Source of the DNA: Bdellovibrionales bacterium
GTDB taxonomy: Bacteria > Bdellovibrionota > Bdellovibrionia > Bdellovibrionales > CAYMLA01
Assembly (NCBI GenBank): GCA_965217115.1
Contig: OZ244239.1
Coordinates: 544,001 to 608,000 of the forward strand
Direction of reading: 5' to 3'
DNA length: 64,000 nt
A program made the translations under genes and the position numbers. How positions within the stretch are numbered: position 1 is the first letter of the stretch; each line of letters begins with the position of its first letter. Below the pieces are notes generated by a model that was given only the letters and a program-made list of their open reading frames with translations, did not search any database and was not told the origin of the DNA. Positions 18,931 through 32,147 of the stretch are shown in pieces.

Positions 18931-20755
18931 GCACTGTCACCTCTTTCAATGAGCCTGAATAAGTCATATTCGACTTATTCTTTTTACGAACATCCTTTAA
19001 AAGCAGTTGCAAACTCTTTCGGCCTGCAAAATAATTCCATTGTGGCTCAGCCAAAACATCCAATTCAAGCCCTTCAACCAAACCTTTCTCAAAAATAACA
19101 TGCCCCTTATCTGGATAAAACCACAAAGTATCCAGAGAATACCCACTGCGATCTTTAATTTTTAACTTCAAATGACCACCGTTTAATTCGCGCACACTCA
19201 CCACTGTTAGCCCATTAAAACAAAAAACAGGGGTTTCAAATGCCACTCCAAATGGCCCCAAGGCTTCGTACCACTTCATAAAACGAGGAGTCAAATCACT
19301 CAAGTCCATTATTCCATCAAAATGAATCACTGCCTCTCTAGCTCCAACCTTAACACTATCAGCCAAGCTTTTGTTCAATAACTCTACAAACAAACCTTCT
19401 TGCTCTTTTTTTAAGGAAAATCCACTGGCCCCAGCATGACCTCCGAAATGCATCAAACTCTCTTTACATTTTTCCAAAATTTCAACTAGATTAAATCCTG
19501 AATTGTCATCTGGAATACGGGCACTTCCCGTGATCACTCCCTCCCCGTTGCAATTTCCAACAAAAGCAGGGACACCATATTTCTGCGATAACCTTGTCGC
19601 CACTAAGCCCACCACTCCCTTGTGATACTCCTCCGAGTAAACCCACACAAAAGAACTCAGATCTTGTTTATCAATACGGCTTAATGCATCCTGTTCAGCT
19701 TCTTTCTGTAACTTCACACGTAACTCATTTTTTTCTAAAACATCTTTGATCAGTTTTTTAGCTTCTTCATCTGTCTCTGCTAAAAAAACATCAAGAGGTA
19801 AAACACCCATTTCCATTCGACTCAAAGCATTTAATTTTGGTGAAAATCGAATGGCCACATCAGCTCCAGTCAACGCTCGACCTGATAAACCCAATTCCTT
19901 AAGAAGAATCTTTAATCCCGATCTATCCGTCTTGGCCAACTCTATAATACCATGCTTCACCAAGACACGATTCTCATCTACCAGTGGAACCATATCCGTC
20001 AGGGTTGCAATAGCAAATAAATCTAGCAACTCCTTAGGCTCAAAATGAGTCTCTAGCAATTTCAACTTCTGAAACCTATTACGCAAAGCTAGAATAAGAA
20101 AAAATGCCACCCCTGTTCCACAGAGATGACCCAAACCTGATTCACAATCAGGCCTGTTCGGATTCACCACCGCCACAGCATCAGGAAGTAAAATATCACG
20201 CCGATTTGTATCACTTGTTTTGGGCAAATGATGATCCGTCACAATCACATCAACTCCTAAAGCCTTTGCCTTAGAAACTGTTTCTATATTTGTAATTCCC
20301 ACGTCCACCGTAAGAATCAAGCTCACGCCCTCTCTCTTCAACTTCTCAACAGCATGAAAATGAAACCCATATCCCTCAGACAAACGCTTAGGTTGATAGT
20401 GTTGTAGATTTTTAAACCCTAACAGGGACAAGCCCTGTAACAGTAGAACCACTCCTGGAGTTCCATCCAAATCGAAATCTCCATAAATTCCTATTTTTTC
20501 ACCGTTTTCATAGGCCAGAAGCAATCGCGCCACCGCTTTGTCCATGTCTTTCATCAAGAACGGACTTCGCATATTCGATAACGTGGGAGAGAGCCAATTT
20601 TGAATATCAACCTCATCACAAATACCACGATTAGAGAGTATTTGGCGAATGGGGTCTGGGATTTTTAATTTAGACTTCGAAGCATTTAAGCCCGAAGAAG
20701 ACCCTTCCTTGAATTTCTGACTCTCCTCCCTAGAAATCCATGTGGTCTTCTTCAC
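18923..20755 (-). CDS. recJ: Single-stranded-DNA exonuclease RecJ
   Basis: GDFDLDG, TDHH, GSAR, GGHAGASG. Confidence 0.95.
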   Translation of the reverse strand: MKKTTWISREESQKFKEGSSSGLNASKSKLKIPDPIRQILSNRGICDEVDIQNWLSPTLSNMRSPFLMKDMDKAVARLLLAYENGEKIGIYGDFDLDGTPGVVLLLQGLSLLGFKNLQHYQPKRLSEGYGFHFHAVEKLKREGVSLILTVDVGITNIETVSKAKALGVDVIVTDHHLPKTSDTNRRDILLPDAVAVVNPNRPDCESGLGHLCGTGVAFFLILALRNRFQKLKLLETHFEPKELLDLFAIATLTDMVPLVDENRVLVKHGIIELAKTDRSGLKILLKELGLSGRALTGADVAIRFSPKLNALSRMEMGVLPLDVFLAETDEEAKKLIKDVLEKNELRVKLQKEAEQDALSRIDKQDLSSFVWVYSEEYHKGVVGLVATRLSQKYGVPAFVGNCNGEGVITGSARIPDDNSGFNLVEILEKCKESLMHFGGHAGASGFSLKKEQEGLFVELLNKSLADSVKVGAREAVIHFDGIMDLSDLTPRFMKWYEALGPFGVAFETPVFCFNGLTVVSVRELNGGHLKLKIKDRSGYSLDTLWFYPDKGHVIFEKGLVEGLELDVLAEPQWNYFAGRKSLQLLLKDVRKKNKSNMTYSGSLKEVTVHG

Positions 20756-20760
20756 TTAAC

Positions 20761-21693
20761 TTAAGCCGCTATTTTTTTACTAGAGAATTTATCCAGCAAC
20801 ATCATCACAGGGGCGGCCACATATATTGAAGAATAGGTTCCCACGATAATACCAATACCCAAAGTAAAAGCAAAATCAGAAATCACTCCACCTGCAATAA
20901 AATACAGCGCTACCGTTGCCAACAAGGTCGTCAATGAGGTCAAAATCGTGCGCCCTAAAACGTCGTTGATCGATCGATTGACGATAACAGATAACAATGT
21001 TCCACGGAAAACACCTAAGTTCTCACGAATACGATCGTAATTAACAATAGTGTCATTCAAAGAGTAACCGATAATAGTTAAAATCGCCGCCATGATCTGC
21101 ACGTTCACCTCTTTGCCCAAGATCGAGAAAATTCCTAACGTAATAATCGAGTCGTGGAACAAACAAAGCACAGCGCCGGGAGCAAACTTATAATCAAAGC
21201 GTAAACCCACATAAATTAAAATCAGCAACAGACAATAAAAGCCTGCCAAAATACCATTCGTCTTTAACTCCTCACCAATCTGCGGGCCCACCGAATCCAC
21301 ACGACGGATATCCACACCTTGATTAGCATACTTAGATTTCAGAGACGACACGATGTCATTGATAAGGCGACTGGAAAATTCATTGGTCTCTTTATCCGTT
21401 TTACCCTTTTGGGCCTGAAAACGTAAAAGCATCTCATGACCATCGCCGAAAGACTGAATCATAACTCCAGAAGCCCCTGCACTGGCTGCCAGCTGTCGCA
21501 GGTCTTCTTGATTCACGTTCTCCTTAAATTTCACCTGAATCTCTGTTCCTCCAGCAAAATCAATTCCTAAATTAACTCCCCTAGTCCCTAAAAGAACCAA
21601 AGAAATAGCAACAAGAACTATAGACACAAAACCAAACATTCTTGACTTGCCTATAAAATCAATTTTTCCCGCACTGACTTTTGACATTCTCAA
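20761..21693 (-). CDS. secF: Protein translocase subunit SecF
   Basis: LGIDFAGG, VGPQIG, GYSLNDTIVNYDRIRE. Confidence 0.97.
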   Translation of the reverse strand: MRMSKVSAGKIDFIGKSRMFGFVSIVLVAISLVLLGTRGVNLGIDFAGGTEIQVKFKENVNQEDLRQLAASAGASGVMIQSFGDGHEMLLRFQAQKGKTDKETNEFSSRLINDIVSSLKSKYANQGVDIRRVDSVGPQIGEELKTNGILAGFYCLLLILIYVGLRFDYKFAPGAVLCLFHDSIITLGIFSILGKEVNVQIMAAILTIIGYSLNDTIVNYDRIRENLGVFRGTLLSVIVNRSINDVLGRTILTSLTTLLATVALYFIAGGVISDFAFTLGIGIIVGTYSSIYVAAPVMMLLDKFSSKKIAA

Positions 21694-21703
21694 ATCTCCC
21701 TAA

Positions 21704-23395
21704 CTAAATAGATAATTTTTTAAAACCAAACTTTTCTACTAATAAATCAAACACAGCCCGTGTAAAAAAGATCGCTGTAAACATGGAAGTAATGATTCCA
21801 ATCAATAACGTCACAGCAAAACCTCTAATAGGACCCGTACCAAAATACATCAACACCACACAGACCACGGCCGTTGTAATATTAGCATCAAAAATGGCCG
21901 AAAAAGCCCGACCATAACCTTCCTTAAGGGACAGCTTTAACCCAGCCCCCTTTACCAGCTCCTCTTTAATCCTTTCAAAAATAATCACGTTGGCATCCAC
22001 CGCCATACCCACAGTCAAAATAATCCCTGCCACACCAGGAAGGGTTAACGTTGCACCCAAGCTCGCTAAAACAGCGATAACCATGACTATATTAAAAATC
22101 AATGCCACATTCGCCACTAAACCAAAGCCCTTATACCAAAAAAGCATAAAAATCAATACTAAGATGCCAGCAATCAAACCCGCCAGCTTTGCTCTATCAA
22201 TAGAATCTCTCCCCAGAGTCGGGCCGACTGTTCTCTCTTCTAACTGCTCCAAACTAGCGGGCAAAGACCCGGCTCTCAAAGCCATACTCACCGTTTTTGC
22301 TTCGTTCAACGTGTTTTGACGATTCCCACTGCCCAAAGTGATCTGTGCACTACCACCGGCGATACGACTCTTAATATTAGGAGCTGACTTTACGACATTA
22401 TCCAAAACAATAGCCATTAAACGGTTTATGTTTTTCCCCGTCAAATCTGCAAATTTCTTTCCACCGAGAACATTAAAACGCAAACTCACAATGGGAGTTC
22501 CGAATTCATCAAAGCCCACAAAGGCATCCTCTAAATCATCTCCGCCTAGATCTGTATCTGTCTCTAAAAGATAGGGGATGCGGCCTGCGGCCATCGTCTT
22601 AGCATTTGAACTCTTCTCAAAGTAAATCACAGTTCCTTTGGGTTTCTTCTTAACATCCTTATTCAAACGCTTAATATAATCAGAGTAGGAGAGTTTCTCT
22701 AAAGAGTATTTCCCTTTTTTCTCTGCCTCTGAAATCCAACCCTGCAACTCCTCTGGTGTTGCCTTGCTTGAAACAATCATAAATTCCAACCGAGCCGCTG
22801 TATTAATCAGTTTTTTTGCTCCAGCAGCATCCTCCACTCCAGGTAACTGAACCAATATACGATCAATCCCCTGAGCCGTGATACTAGGCTCTGACACTCC
22901 AAATTCATCAATCCGATTACGAATCGTCTCAATCGCTTGCTCTAACACTTTTTTATTATAATCCCTCAGATAGGTTTCATAATAGCGAACGAGCACATGT
23001 TGAGAATCTTCACTCAAAATTTGCAAAGTCGTGTTATAACTATCACCTAAGAACTTCTTCACTTGCTCCAAAGAAGCTCCACCCAAATTAATGGATAATT
23101 CTCCCGCCTTCGCCTCTGTCACATCAACACCAGCAACTATGATCTTATCTTCTTTCATATCAACGACAACAGACTTTGCTAAACGGCGGGAACTCTCTGC
23201 CACAACACTGTCCACATCCACACCCATCACTAAGTGAAGACCTCCTTGAATATCCAAGCCATAATTCAACCGATCACTAGTGAACCACCAAGATTTCTTA
23301 TCCAAATTTATAAAATTCGGCGATGACCACATTGCACTCAGAATAAACACCCCAGCTATCACTATCCATCTCATTTTTAAACTTTCAATGATCAT
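21704..23395 (-). CDS. secD: Protein translocase subunit SecD
   Basis: YGLDIQGG, RIDEFGVSEP, VDANVIIFERIKEE. Confidence 0.97.
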   Translation of the reverse strand: MIIESLKMRWIVIAGVFILSAMWSSPNFINLDKKSWWFTSDRLNYGLDIQGGLHLVMGVDVDSVVAESSRRLAKSVVVDMKEDKIIVAGVDVTEAKAGELSINLGGASLEQVKKFLGDSYNTTLQILSEDSQHVLVRYYETYLRDYNKKVLEQAIETIRNRIDEFGVSEPSITAQGIDRILVQLPGVEDAAGAKKLINTAARLEFMIVSSKATPEELQGWISEAEKKGKYSLEKLSYSDYIKRLNKDVKKKPKGTVIYFEKSSNAKTMAAGRIPYLLETDTDLGGDDLEDAFVGFDEFGTPIVSLRFNVLGGKKFADLTGKNINRLMAIVLDNVVKSAPNIKSRIAGGSAQITLGSGNRQNTLNEAKTVSMALRAGSLPASLEQLEERTVGPTLGRDSIDRAKLAGLIAGILVLIFMLFWYKGFGLVANVALIFNIVMVIAVLASLGATLTLPGVAGIILTVGMAVDANVIIFERIKEELVKGAGLKLSLKEGYGRAFSAIFDANITTAVVCVVLMYFGTGPIRGFAVTLLIGIITSMFTAIFFTRAVFDLLVEKFGFKKLSI

Positions 23396-23748
23396 CGCTG
23401 CCCCTCTTGCGCTGTCGATGCAATTTGACTCTTTAGCATCTTAATCTTTACATCTTCTGAAATTTCTAAGGTCACATATTTTTCAGTCACCCCTTCTATT
23501 GTTCCCAAAATACCACTGGCAGTGAGAACTGAATCACCTTTTTTAATATTAGCAATAAACCCTTGGTGGGCTTTCTGACGTTTTCCCTGGGGACGAATAA
23601 TTAAGAAATAAAAAATCGCAAAAATAAATACAAATGGTAAGAACATCTCTACAATAGAGGGCTGTTGAGCAGCCTCCTCTTGAGCCCAAGCGATCGAACC
23701 GAATTGCAACACACTCCACGACAAAACACCTAACAAACTCCACGACAT
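23392..23748 (-). CDS. yajC: Preprotein translocase subunit YajC
   Basis: FYFLIIRPQ, GDSVLTASGILG; tgt-yajC-secD synteny. Confidence 0.95.
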   Translation of the reverse strand: MSWSLLGVLSWSVLQFGSIAWAQEEAAQQPSIVEMFLPFVFIFAIFYFLIIRPQGKRQKAHQGFIANIKKGDSVLTASGILGTIEGVTEKYVTLEISEDVKIKMLKSQIASTAQEGQR

Positions 23749-23888
23749 GACGAGCTCTCCTTTTGGAAAAAAATACAACCCTAGGATTCTTATCTAATCT
23801 CAGGAAAATTCAATCATTACTTGATGTTCTATGAATAAAACAGCTTTTTGTGCCGCAGCTCACCATGGGTTTTCCCCGGTATTCACTC

Positions 23889-26011
<2,123 letters not shown>

Positions 26012-26072
26012 GGAACGTTTTATAGTAACTTCTCTCCATGATGTCCAAAGATTATAGTGAGCAGATGTTTTT

Positions 26073-27566
26073 TTACTCTATAACTCTAAAATCACGCATC
26101 ATGCCCATGGCGCCATGCTCAAGATTGTGACAATGGAAAGGGTAATAACCCGTGAAATCATCAAATCTTTTAATCACTCGAACACGCTGGCCAATCCAGA
26201 GAAGCATCGTGTCCTTCCAGCCTGTATCAATAAAGCCCTCATCAAAATCTCCAGTCCTATCTATAACCTGAAACTGAGAACCGTGAATATGAACAGGGTG
26301 AACCATTCCCATATTCCCTGTATTCTCAAATTCCCAAATCTCCATAGAACCAAGCTTAACCGTCTCTTTGTTCCGTGATTTTTTCATTTCGTAACTCAAA
26401 CCATCAATGGTCCACCCCTTGCCCCGAGACATGGAAAATTTAAAAACCTTTGGGGCTCCATAGTTCTCAGCTTGAGTGGGGTTCAAACGCTCGATATGGC
26501 TCAAGTGAGTCGGTAAGCTGTTTGATCTCTTTGGAAGGTCAGCAATTTTGAACGGGATAACTGTAAACCCTCTATTGCCGCCTTTTACAAAGGGAACACT
26601 GTCTAAACTCATCTCAGACTCTAATTGGTAACTGGAGAAATCCTTCCAGAGATCAACCCTCTCCCCTGGTGCAAGATAGGTATAATTCCTTATCAAAGGG
26701 CGCTCAAGCAAGCCCCCGTCAGTTCCAATGATCTCCAAAGGGCTTCCATCGCTCCAGCCCAATTTATATATTCTCGCATTTGAGGCATTAACAATCCGAA
26801 TTCTATGGGGGCATTTTGCAACAGAGGTTTGATATCTTGGAAAGCCGTTGAGGCAGATTTCTTTGCCCATCATCCCCATCATGCGATCATGTCGCCCTCT
26901 AGGAAGGTAAGACAATTCGTTATCCTCTGTAAACGTTCGATCTTGAAGAACAAATAATTTTTCAAACTCTCTCTCTGGTAAACCAAGCCCACTCTCTTCT
27001 TCATCATTAATAATGAGCAGTCCCGCTAAACCATGATAAATTTGATATCCCGTTCGACCATGGGGATGGGGGTGGTACCAATATGTTCCAGCTCTGTTTT
27101 TAATTTCAAACTCATAAATAAATTCATTTTTCGGTTCAATGGCGTAACTCGGGTGAGCATCTTCTCTCTCGGGCAAATGCAGTCCATGCCAATGGATAAT
27201 ACTCTTCTCAGGGAGGTGGTTCTTAAAACGAATTCTCACCTTTTGACCTCGGCGAAGCCGAATCGTCGGCCCTATAAAGCTATTTGATTCCTGACTCAAG
27301 GTCGACGTCGGGCCCTTTAAAATTTTCCCAGAAAATCGCCATGTTTTTGTTGCCTTTCCTGAGAGGATTTGTATTTTTTCTTCACTTGCAAACATTTCAA
27401 TATCAATGTCAGGTTTAAAATCAATCGATGGTGTGTCTCTTAAGACTTCCTTGATTTTTTTCTGAGCAAAATCCTCAAAACCCAATGATTGCAATGGGAG
27501 TAACGATGCGCCCGCAATGGCTGTCTTTTTTATAAATTCTCGTCTTCCGCTATCATCAGATTTCAT
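26073..27566 (-). CDS. Tat-exported multicopper oxidase
   Basis: GRREFIK Tat motif; HWHG, WYHPH, HPVHIH, HCHNLEH...M copper ligands. Confidence 0.93.
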   Translation of the reverse strand: MKSDDSGRREFIKKTAIAGASLLPLQSLGFEDFAQKKIKEVLRDTPSIDFKPDIDIEMFASEEKIQILSGKATKTWRFSGKILKGPTSTLSQESNSFIGPTIRLRRGQKVRIRFKNHLPEKSIIHWHGLHLPEREDAHPSYAIEPKNEFIYEFEIKNRAGTYWYHPHPHGRTGYQIYHGLAGLLIINDEEESGLGLPEREFEKLFVLQDRTFTEDNELSYLPRGRHDRMMGMMGKEICLNGFPRYQTSVAKCPHRIRIVNASNARIYKLGWSDGSPLEIIGTDGGLLERPLIRNYTYLAPGERVDLWKDFSSYQLESEMSLDSVPFVKGGNRGFTVIPFKIADLPKRSNSLPTHLSHIERLNPTQAENYGAPKVFKFSMSRGKGWTIDGLSYEMKKSRNKETVKLGSMEIWEFENTGNMGMVHPVHIHGSQFQVIDRTGDFDEGFIDTGWKDTMLLWIGQRVRVIKRFDDFTGYYPFHCHNLEHGAMGMMRDFRVIE

Positions 27567-27745
27567 TTTAATTCCTCTTAAAAGAGCACAATCTAGCACG
27601 TAAAATCCAGAAATACCAGAGAACTCATCTCAGCATTTTAAAGGGGCTTCTTTGAGTTGACCCTCTAAGGAAAACCACGCAATAATTAACTCCATTCAAT
27701 CTTGTGACCTAACCAGAATAAATTACAAATTTAATTGAAATAATT

Positions 27746-29566
27746 ATGCAAGAAAACAAACAGGACATTTTAAAAAAAGTTTTTGGCTTTAACTCTTTTC
27801 GCCCCCTGCAGGAATCTGTCGTGGACTCTATATTGGCGAAAAAAGATGTCTTAATGATCCTACCCACGGGTGGGGGCAAGTCCCTATGCTATCAATTACC
27901 AGCTCTATTAATGGACGGTGTGGTTATAGTGGTCTCCCCTCTTTTGGCCTTAATGCAAGATCAAGTGATGTCCCTAAAAGCAAAGGGCATCAAAGCGGCC
28001 ATGATATCTTCCCTACAAGATTTAAGCGAGATTAACAAAATTAAGATAGATTTAAGAAAACAGGAGATAAAAATCCTATTTATCGCACCAGAGAGGTTAC
28101 AAAATCAGACTTTTCTGCATTTTCTCCATTCTTTAGATATCTCTTTCTTTGCCATTGACGAAGCCCATTGTGTTAGCGAATGGGGGCATGAATTCCGTTC
28201 AGACTATCGACAGCTGGGCTTGATAAAAGACACTTTCCCCAAGGTCAATGTCGCAGCCTTCACCGCCACTGCAACAAAGCCTGTGGAGAAAGACATTATT
28301 ACCCAATTAAATTTCAATGGGAAAAACATCGTGCGTGGGCCTGTCTATCGCGACAATTTATTTATCAATGTTCTGAAACGACAAAAAAATGGTTACCAAC
28401 AGCTCTTAGATTTTCTAGGAACACATGAAAATGAACAGGGGATTATTTACACATTCTCACGAAAAAACACAGAGTCCTTAACTGATTTTCTACAGAAGAA
28501 CGGTTTCAAGGCCAAAGCCTACCATGCGGGGCTTAATAAAAAGAGCCGAGTGAGGTCTTTTAAAGATTTTGTAAATGATGATATAGATATCATGGTCGCA
28601 ACCATTGCCTTCGGGATGGGGATCGACAAGAGCAACATCCGTTTCGTTGTACACATGTCTATGGCCAAAACCTTGGAGGGTTATTATCAAGAGATCGGTC
28701 GAGCTGGCCGTGATGGTCTAAAATCTGAAGTTTTACTCCTCTACTCAACTGCTGATCTCGTGCAATTAGGGAGGTTCACCAGTGAGATTGAGGATGAGAA
28801 CTACAAACAAGTCGCCTATAAAAAATTAAACCTCATGAAACAATACTCCTATCAAGAGGGCTGTCGACACCAAACCTTGAGTCAATACTTTGGCGACAAA
28901 ATGTCTGGGTGCAAAACTCAATGTGACAACTGTCTGAATCCCGACACAGAACGAACAGATATTAGTGTTTTGTCACAGAAGTTTTTATCTACAATTTATA
29001 GAGTTCAACAAAAATTTGGCCAACTCCATGTTATTGATATTTTAATTGGGGCCAAGAACCAGAAGATCTTTAACAATCGTCATGAAGAGCTCTCGGTTTA
29101 TGGAATTGGTTCAGACACGAGTAAATCCAAGTGGAGACTCATTGCCGATAGGTTGTTTGAGGTCGGTGCCTTCACTATCAACCCTGAGTTTAAAACCCTA
29201 CAACTCACGGAACTCTCTATGGAGATTATGCGCTCCAATGAAGCTGTGGACATTAAAAGCTCCCATTTAGAGGGGGTTAAACCATCTGTTGGAAGGGCAG
29301 CTCAGAGAACCAAATCCAATGCTCTTGGAACTGTGGAGCTTGAAGTTAATGAAGATGTGTTTCATCAATTAAAAACACTTAGAAAAAGTATCGCCGATAA
29401 AATTTCCATGCCCGCCTATATTGTTTTTGATAACCGAGCTTTGGCAGAAATGGCTCATTTCATGCCCGATACAAAAGAGAAGTTCTTAAACATTAGAGGC
29501 GTTGGCCAAGTGAAATTTGAAAAATACGGACAGGAGTTTTTAGACCTCCTCATAAAATTAAAATAA
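27746..29566 (+). CDS. recQ: DNA helicase RecQ
   Basis: PTGGGKSLCYQ, DEAH, QEIGRAGRDG, zinc/RQC and HRDC domains. Confidence 0.97.
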   Translation: MQENKQDILKKVFGFNSFRPLQESVVDSILAKKDVLMILPTGGGKSLCYQLPALLMDGVVIVVSPLLALMQDQVMSLKAKGIKAAMISSLQDLSEINKIKIDLRKQEIKILFIAPERLQNQTFLHFLHSLDISFFAIDEAHCVSEWGHEFRSDYRQLGLIKDTFPKVNVAAFTATATKPVEKDIITQLNFNGKNIVRGPVYRDNLFINVLKRQKNGYQQLLDFLGTHENEQGIIYTFSRKNTESLTDFLQKNGFKAKAYHAGLNKKSRVRSFKDFVNDDIDIMVATIAFGMGIDKSNIRFVVHMSMAKTLEGYYQEIGRAGRDGLKSEVLLLYSTADLVQLGRFTSEIEDENYKQVAYKKLNLMKQYSYQEGCRHQTLSQYFGDKMSGCKTQCDNCLNPDTERTDISVLSQKFLSTIYRVQQKFGQLHVIDILIGAKNQKIFNNRHEELSVYGIGSDTSKSKWRLIADRLFEVGAFTINPEFKTLQLTELSMEIMRSNEAVDIKSSHLEGVKPSVGRAAQRTKSNALGTVELEVNEDVFHQLKTLRKSIADKISMPAYIVFDNRALAEMAHFMPDTKEKFLNIRGVGQVKFEKYGQEFLDLLIKLK

Positions 29567-29775
29567 CCCATGTCCTTTTCCACTAAAAGAGAGGAGACAA
29601 GGGATCACAGCTAACTCCACATCAGATAGTGCTTATCCTGTAATGTTTTCATGTTCGGAAATACCTAGAACACTTTTTCTAGGGGCTTCTGGGGGATTTT
29701 CTAGATTCGTGTTACTAATATAGTAATTTAACGCGATGCGCCATTAAGGTGCCTCATAAACAGAGGAGACAAAAA

Positions 29776-30255
29776 ATGAAAACACTCTTAATAACTATTT
29801 TCTTGTTAAGTGCCGGGACAATCTTAGCAGAAGATCAAAACAGTAAAGATGACTTTAAATTGACCAAGAAAGGATTCTTGTTTTGTGAAAACGACTACTT
29901 AAAACAGAATTATCGGCTTGAAAAGCTACAGGCGAGATTATTAATCCAGTCTACTGGGAAAGACATTCTAAGAGTGTTAATCATTTGGAGAGACAAAAAT
30001 AAGATAAGCTTGGGCGATATTTTTAGGGTCAAAAGGGTTAGCAGTAAAGTTCATGTTTTAGAAAATATTACGGGAGAACAAGATCTTACTTTAGAGTTAG
30101 ACGAACTTGATGTGGAAAAAAACTACGAAGCTTCGGGAGTTTTAAAAACTCAAGGCTGGCTAGGTATTCGTGAAGAATACGGAAGTTGGCCTCTTCGCTG
30201 TACTAAAAAAGTTGATAATATTAATGTGAGCCTATTTAAAGGAAAGTATTTCTAG
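29776..30255 (+). CDS. Hypothetical secreted protein
   Basis: GAGGAG RBS; MKTLL signal peptide. Confidence 0.75.
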   Translation: MKTLLITIFLLSAGTILAEDQNSKDDFKLTKKGFLFCENDYLKQNYRLEKLQARLLIQSTGKDILRVLIIWRDKNKISLGDIFRVKRVSSKVHVLENITGEQDLTLELDELDVEKNYEASGVLKTQGWLGIREEYGSWPLRCTKKVDNINVSLFKGKYF

Positions 30256-30955
30256 AGATACGGCTGTTTATCTTTACCCAAATCATGGCCGTGCTTTTTA
30301 ATTTCAAATTTTAACCCTTTTGATTTTACAAAGCACAGCCTATCTAAAAATAACTCAAGGGAATCTCCCCTACCACTGCCCTCACTCTGTAAGGTTTTCT
30401 TCTAGCAACCGACGAGTTTCATCTAGAATATCTCTGGCCTCTCTAGTGATTCTGTCTTAATCTTTTAAAATCAAAGAGATCTGACAACCACGGTGTCCCC
30501 AAGATCATTTTACGAATAACCACCGGTCCACGTCCCAATGTATTGTCAAAATAAATTCTTAAATCTTTCCCGTTAAAAAAATACCAATGATAAGCTAATA
30601 ATTTTTTTGATAGCAGGTCACAGACAAATCTTAGAGCTAATATTGAAAAGCCCTCAAGGGTTCCAGTATTTTCATGTAAGAACGATCTTCATCAGTTTTT
30701 TTTAGGTGGGTTGCCAAAGAAGTTAAAGTTAAAATTAAACCCAAGTCCAACTGATGTTGTCCCCATTTTCAGTCTTCAATGTTTACCCTGCCCCCTAAAG
30801 TGGTTCTTAACCTTAGACAATTGCACACGAATCACTCTCTCTGTGAGGTCGTGTCTAACCACCATTGAAGCGTTTGCATGGAATACAAGCACTTAATAAA
30901 ACACTTGTCACAGTCGCTAATTTAAAGATACCTCCCTTAGACTTTCGAGGTATTC

Positions 30956-31939
30956 TCACGAATTCAATTCTCTTAAAGCGATCTCCCTGCGTTTCTTACG
31001 AACTTTAATAAAGTAATCACGACTATCTTTGAGGGCTCGAGTATAAAAAGAAATTTGATCGTTCATAACCTCTAGTTCACTTTTTTTGTATGCAAGCGCT
31101 TCCCCTTCTATATCCAAACGTCCTAGCCCTTTTTGACTTTTGATGAGTCTTGTTCTGTATGCTGAGCCCAGCCCAGCACCGGCAAATGACATATTGCTGC
31201 TAATCTCTGCAAAAGCGTCATACATGACATTACTGGCAACGATCGCCTGTTCTTTGTAACTCTCAATGTAGGGCTTGCGTTTTTCAAGGGCCTCTTCAAG
31301 TTTTCCTTGATCCCTTTCTATTTCCTCTTCTGTAATATTTAATTCAGACCTGGCAAGATCCATTTTATATTTAAACTTGCTCAATTCTATTTTCTTTTTA
31401 GTCAGTTCTCTAGACAATTCCTGATTTGAATTGATAACATCTTTAAAGTAGTCCACAGAGTAATCTGATTTACCTTTAAATATATCTCCTCCTGGATTTG
31501 ACACTTCGAGATATTGATAGAAGGTGGTCCACATGAGTTCAGCCATATTAGATTGAAAGGTTTTGGAGTTAACCAAAACAACCATGTCAAAATCTTTAGA
31601 TCGCGAGTACTGAGACACGATGTTGAAATCTTCCTCTATACTTCTCCACGCTGATTTTTTCAGTGAACGCGATAGAACAGGGCTCCCCTTGTTTATCAGC
31701 GAGTTCGTCACGACAATGACTTTGGTTCTATGGATTGCCTGTAGGAAGTGAGGCAAATGAACCTGATCTCTGACTTGATAACGGTCGGCTTTATAGGGCT
31801 CATCGACAAAGTGGCGTAGTAGCTCATTTGCCGTAGTATGGAAAAGTAAAGCACTTCCATTGAATTGCGAAGAGGGCTCTTTAGAAAAAGAAAGGCTCCC
31901 TACTGATAAAAAGCACAGAATTAAGATTTTTAGCTTCAT
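30956..31939 (-). CDS. Hypothetical secreted protein with C-terminal coiled coil
   Basis: GAGGAG RBS, signal peptide, heptad-like C-terminal half. Confidence 0.75.
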   Translation of the reverse strand: MKLKILILCFLSVGSLSFSKEPSSQFNGSALLFHTTANELLRHFVDEPYKADRYQVRDQVHLPHFLQAIHRTKVIVVTNSLINKGSPVLSRSLKKSAWRSIEEDFNIVSQYSRSKDFDMVVLVNSKTFQSNMAELMWTTFYQYLEVSNPGGDIFKGKSDYSVDYFKDVINSNQELSRELTKKKIELSKFKYKMDLARSELNITEEEIERDQGKLEEALEKRKPYIESYKEQAIVASNVMYDAFAEISSNMSFAGAGLGSAYRTRLIKSQKGLGRLDIEGEALAYKKSELEVMNDQISFYTRALKDSRDYFIKVRKKRREIALRELNS

Positions 31940-32147
31940 GGCAAACTCCTCAAGATTAATGCCTTTACGCTTTTATACGTTGCGTTATTTGGTGTAAAAA
32001 ATTTTAGCTTCTTTGGCAAGGAAATCTAAACAAAATCGCCCGTTTTTCTTTCGAACAGGAAAAAAATTCACAGCGACCCCATCAAAAGGCTCTTTTAAGG
32101 ATAAGAGCATCTTGTAAAAAATACATGGGGGAGTTTTCGATTATAAT

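Noticed and set aside
27746..29566. recQ as a horizontally acquired gene
   Set aside because: Only an impression from the sequence; needs a phylogeny
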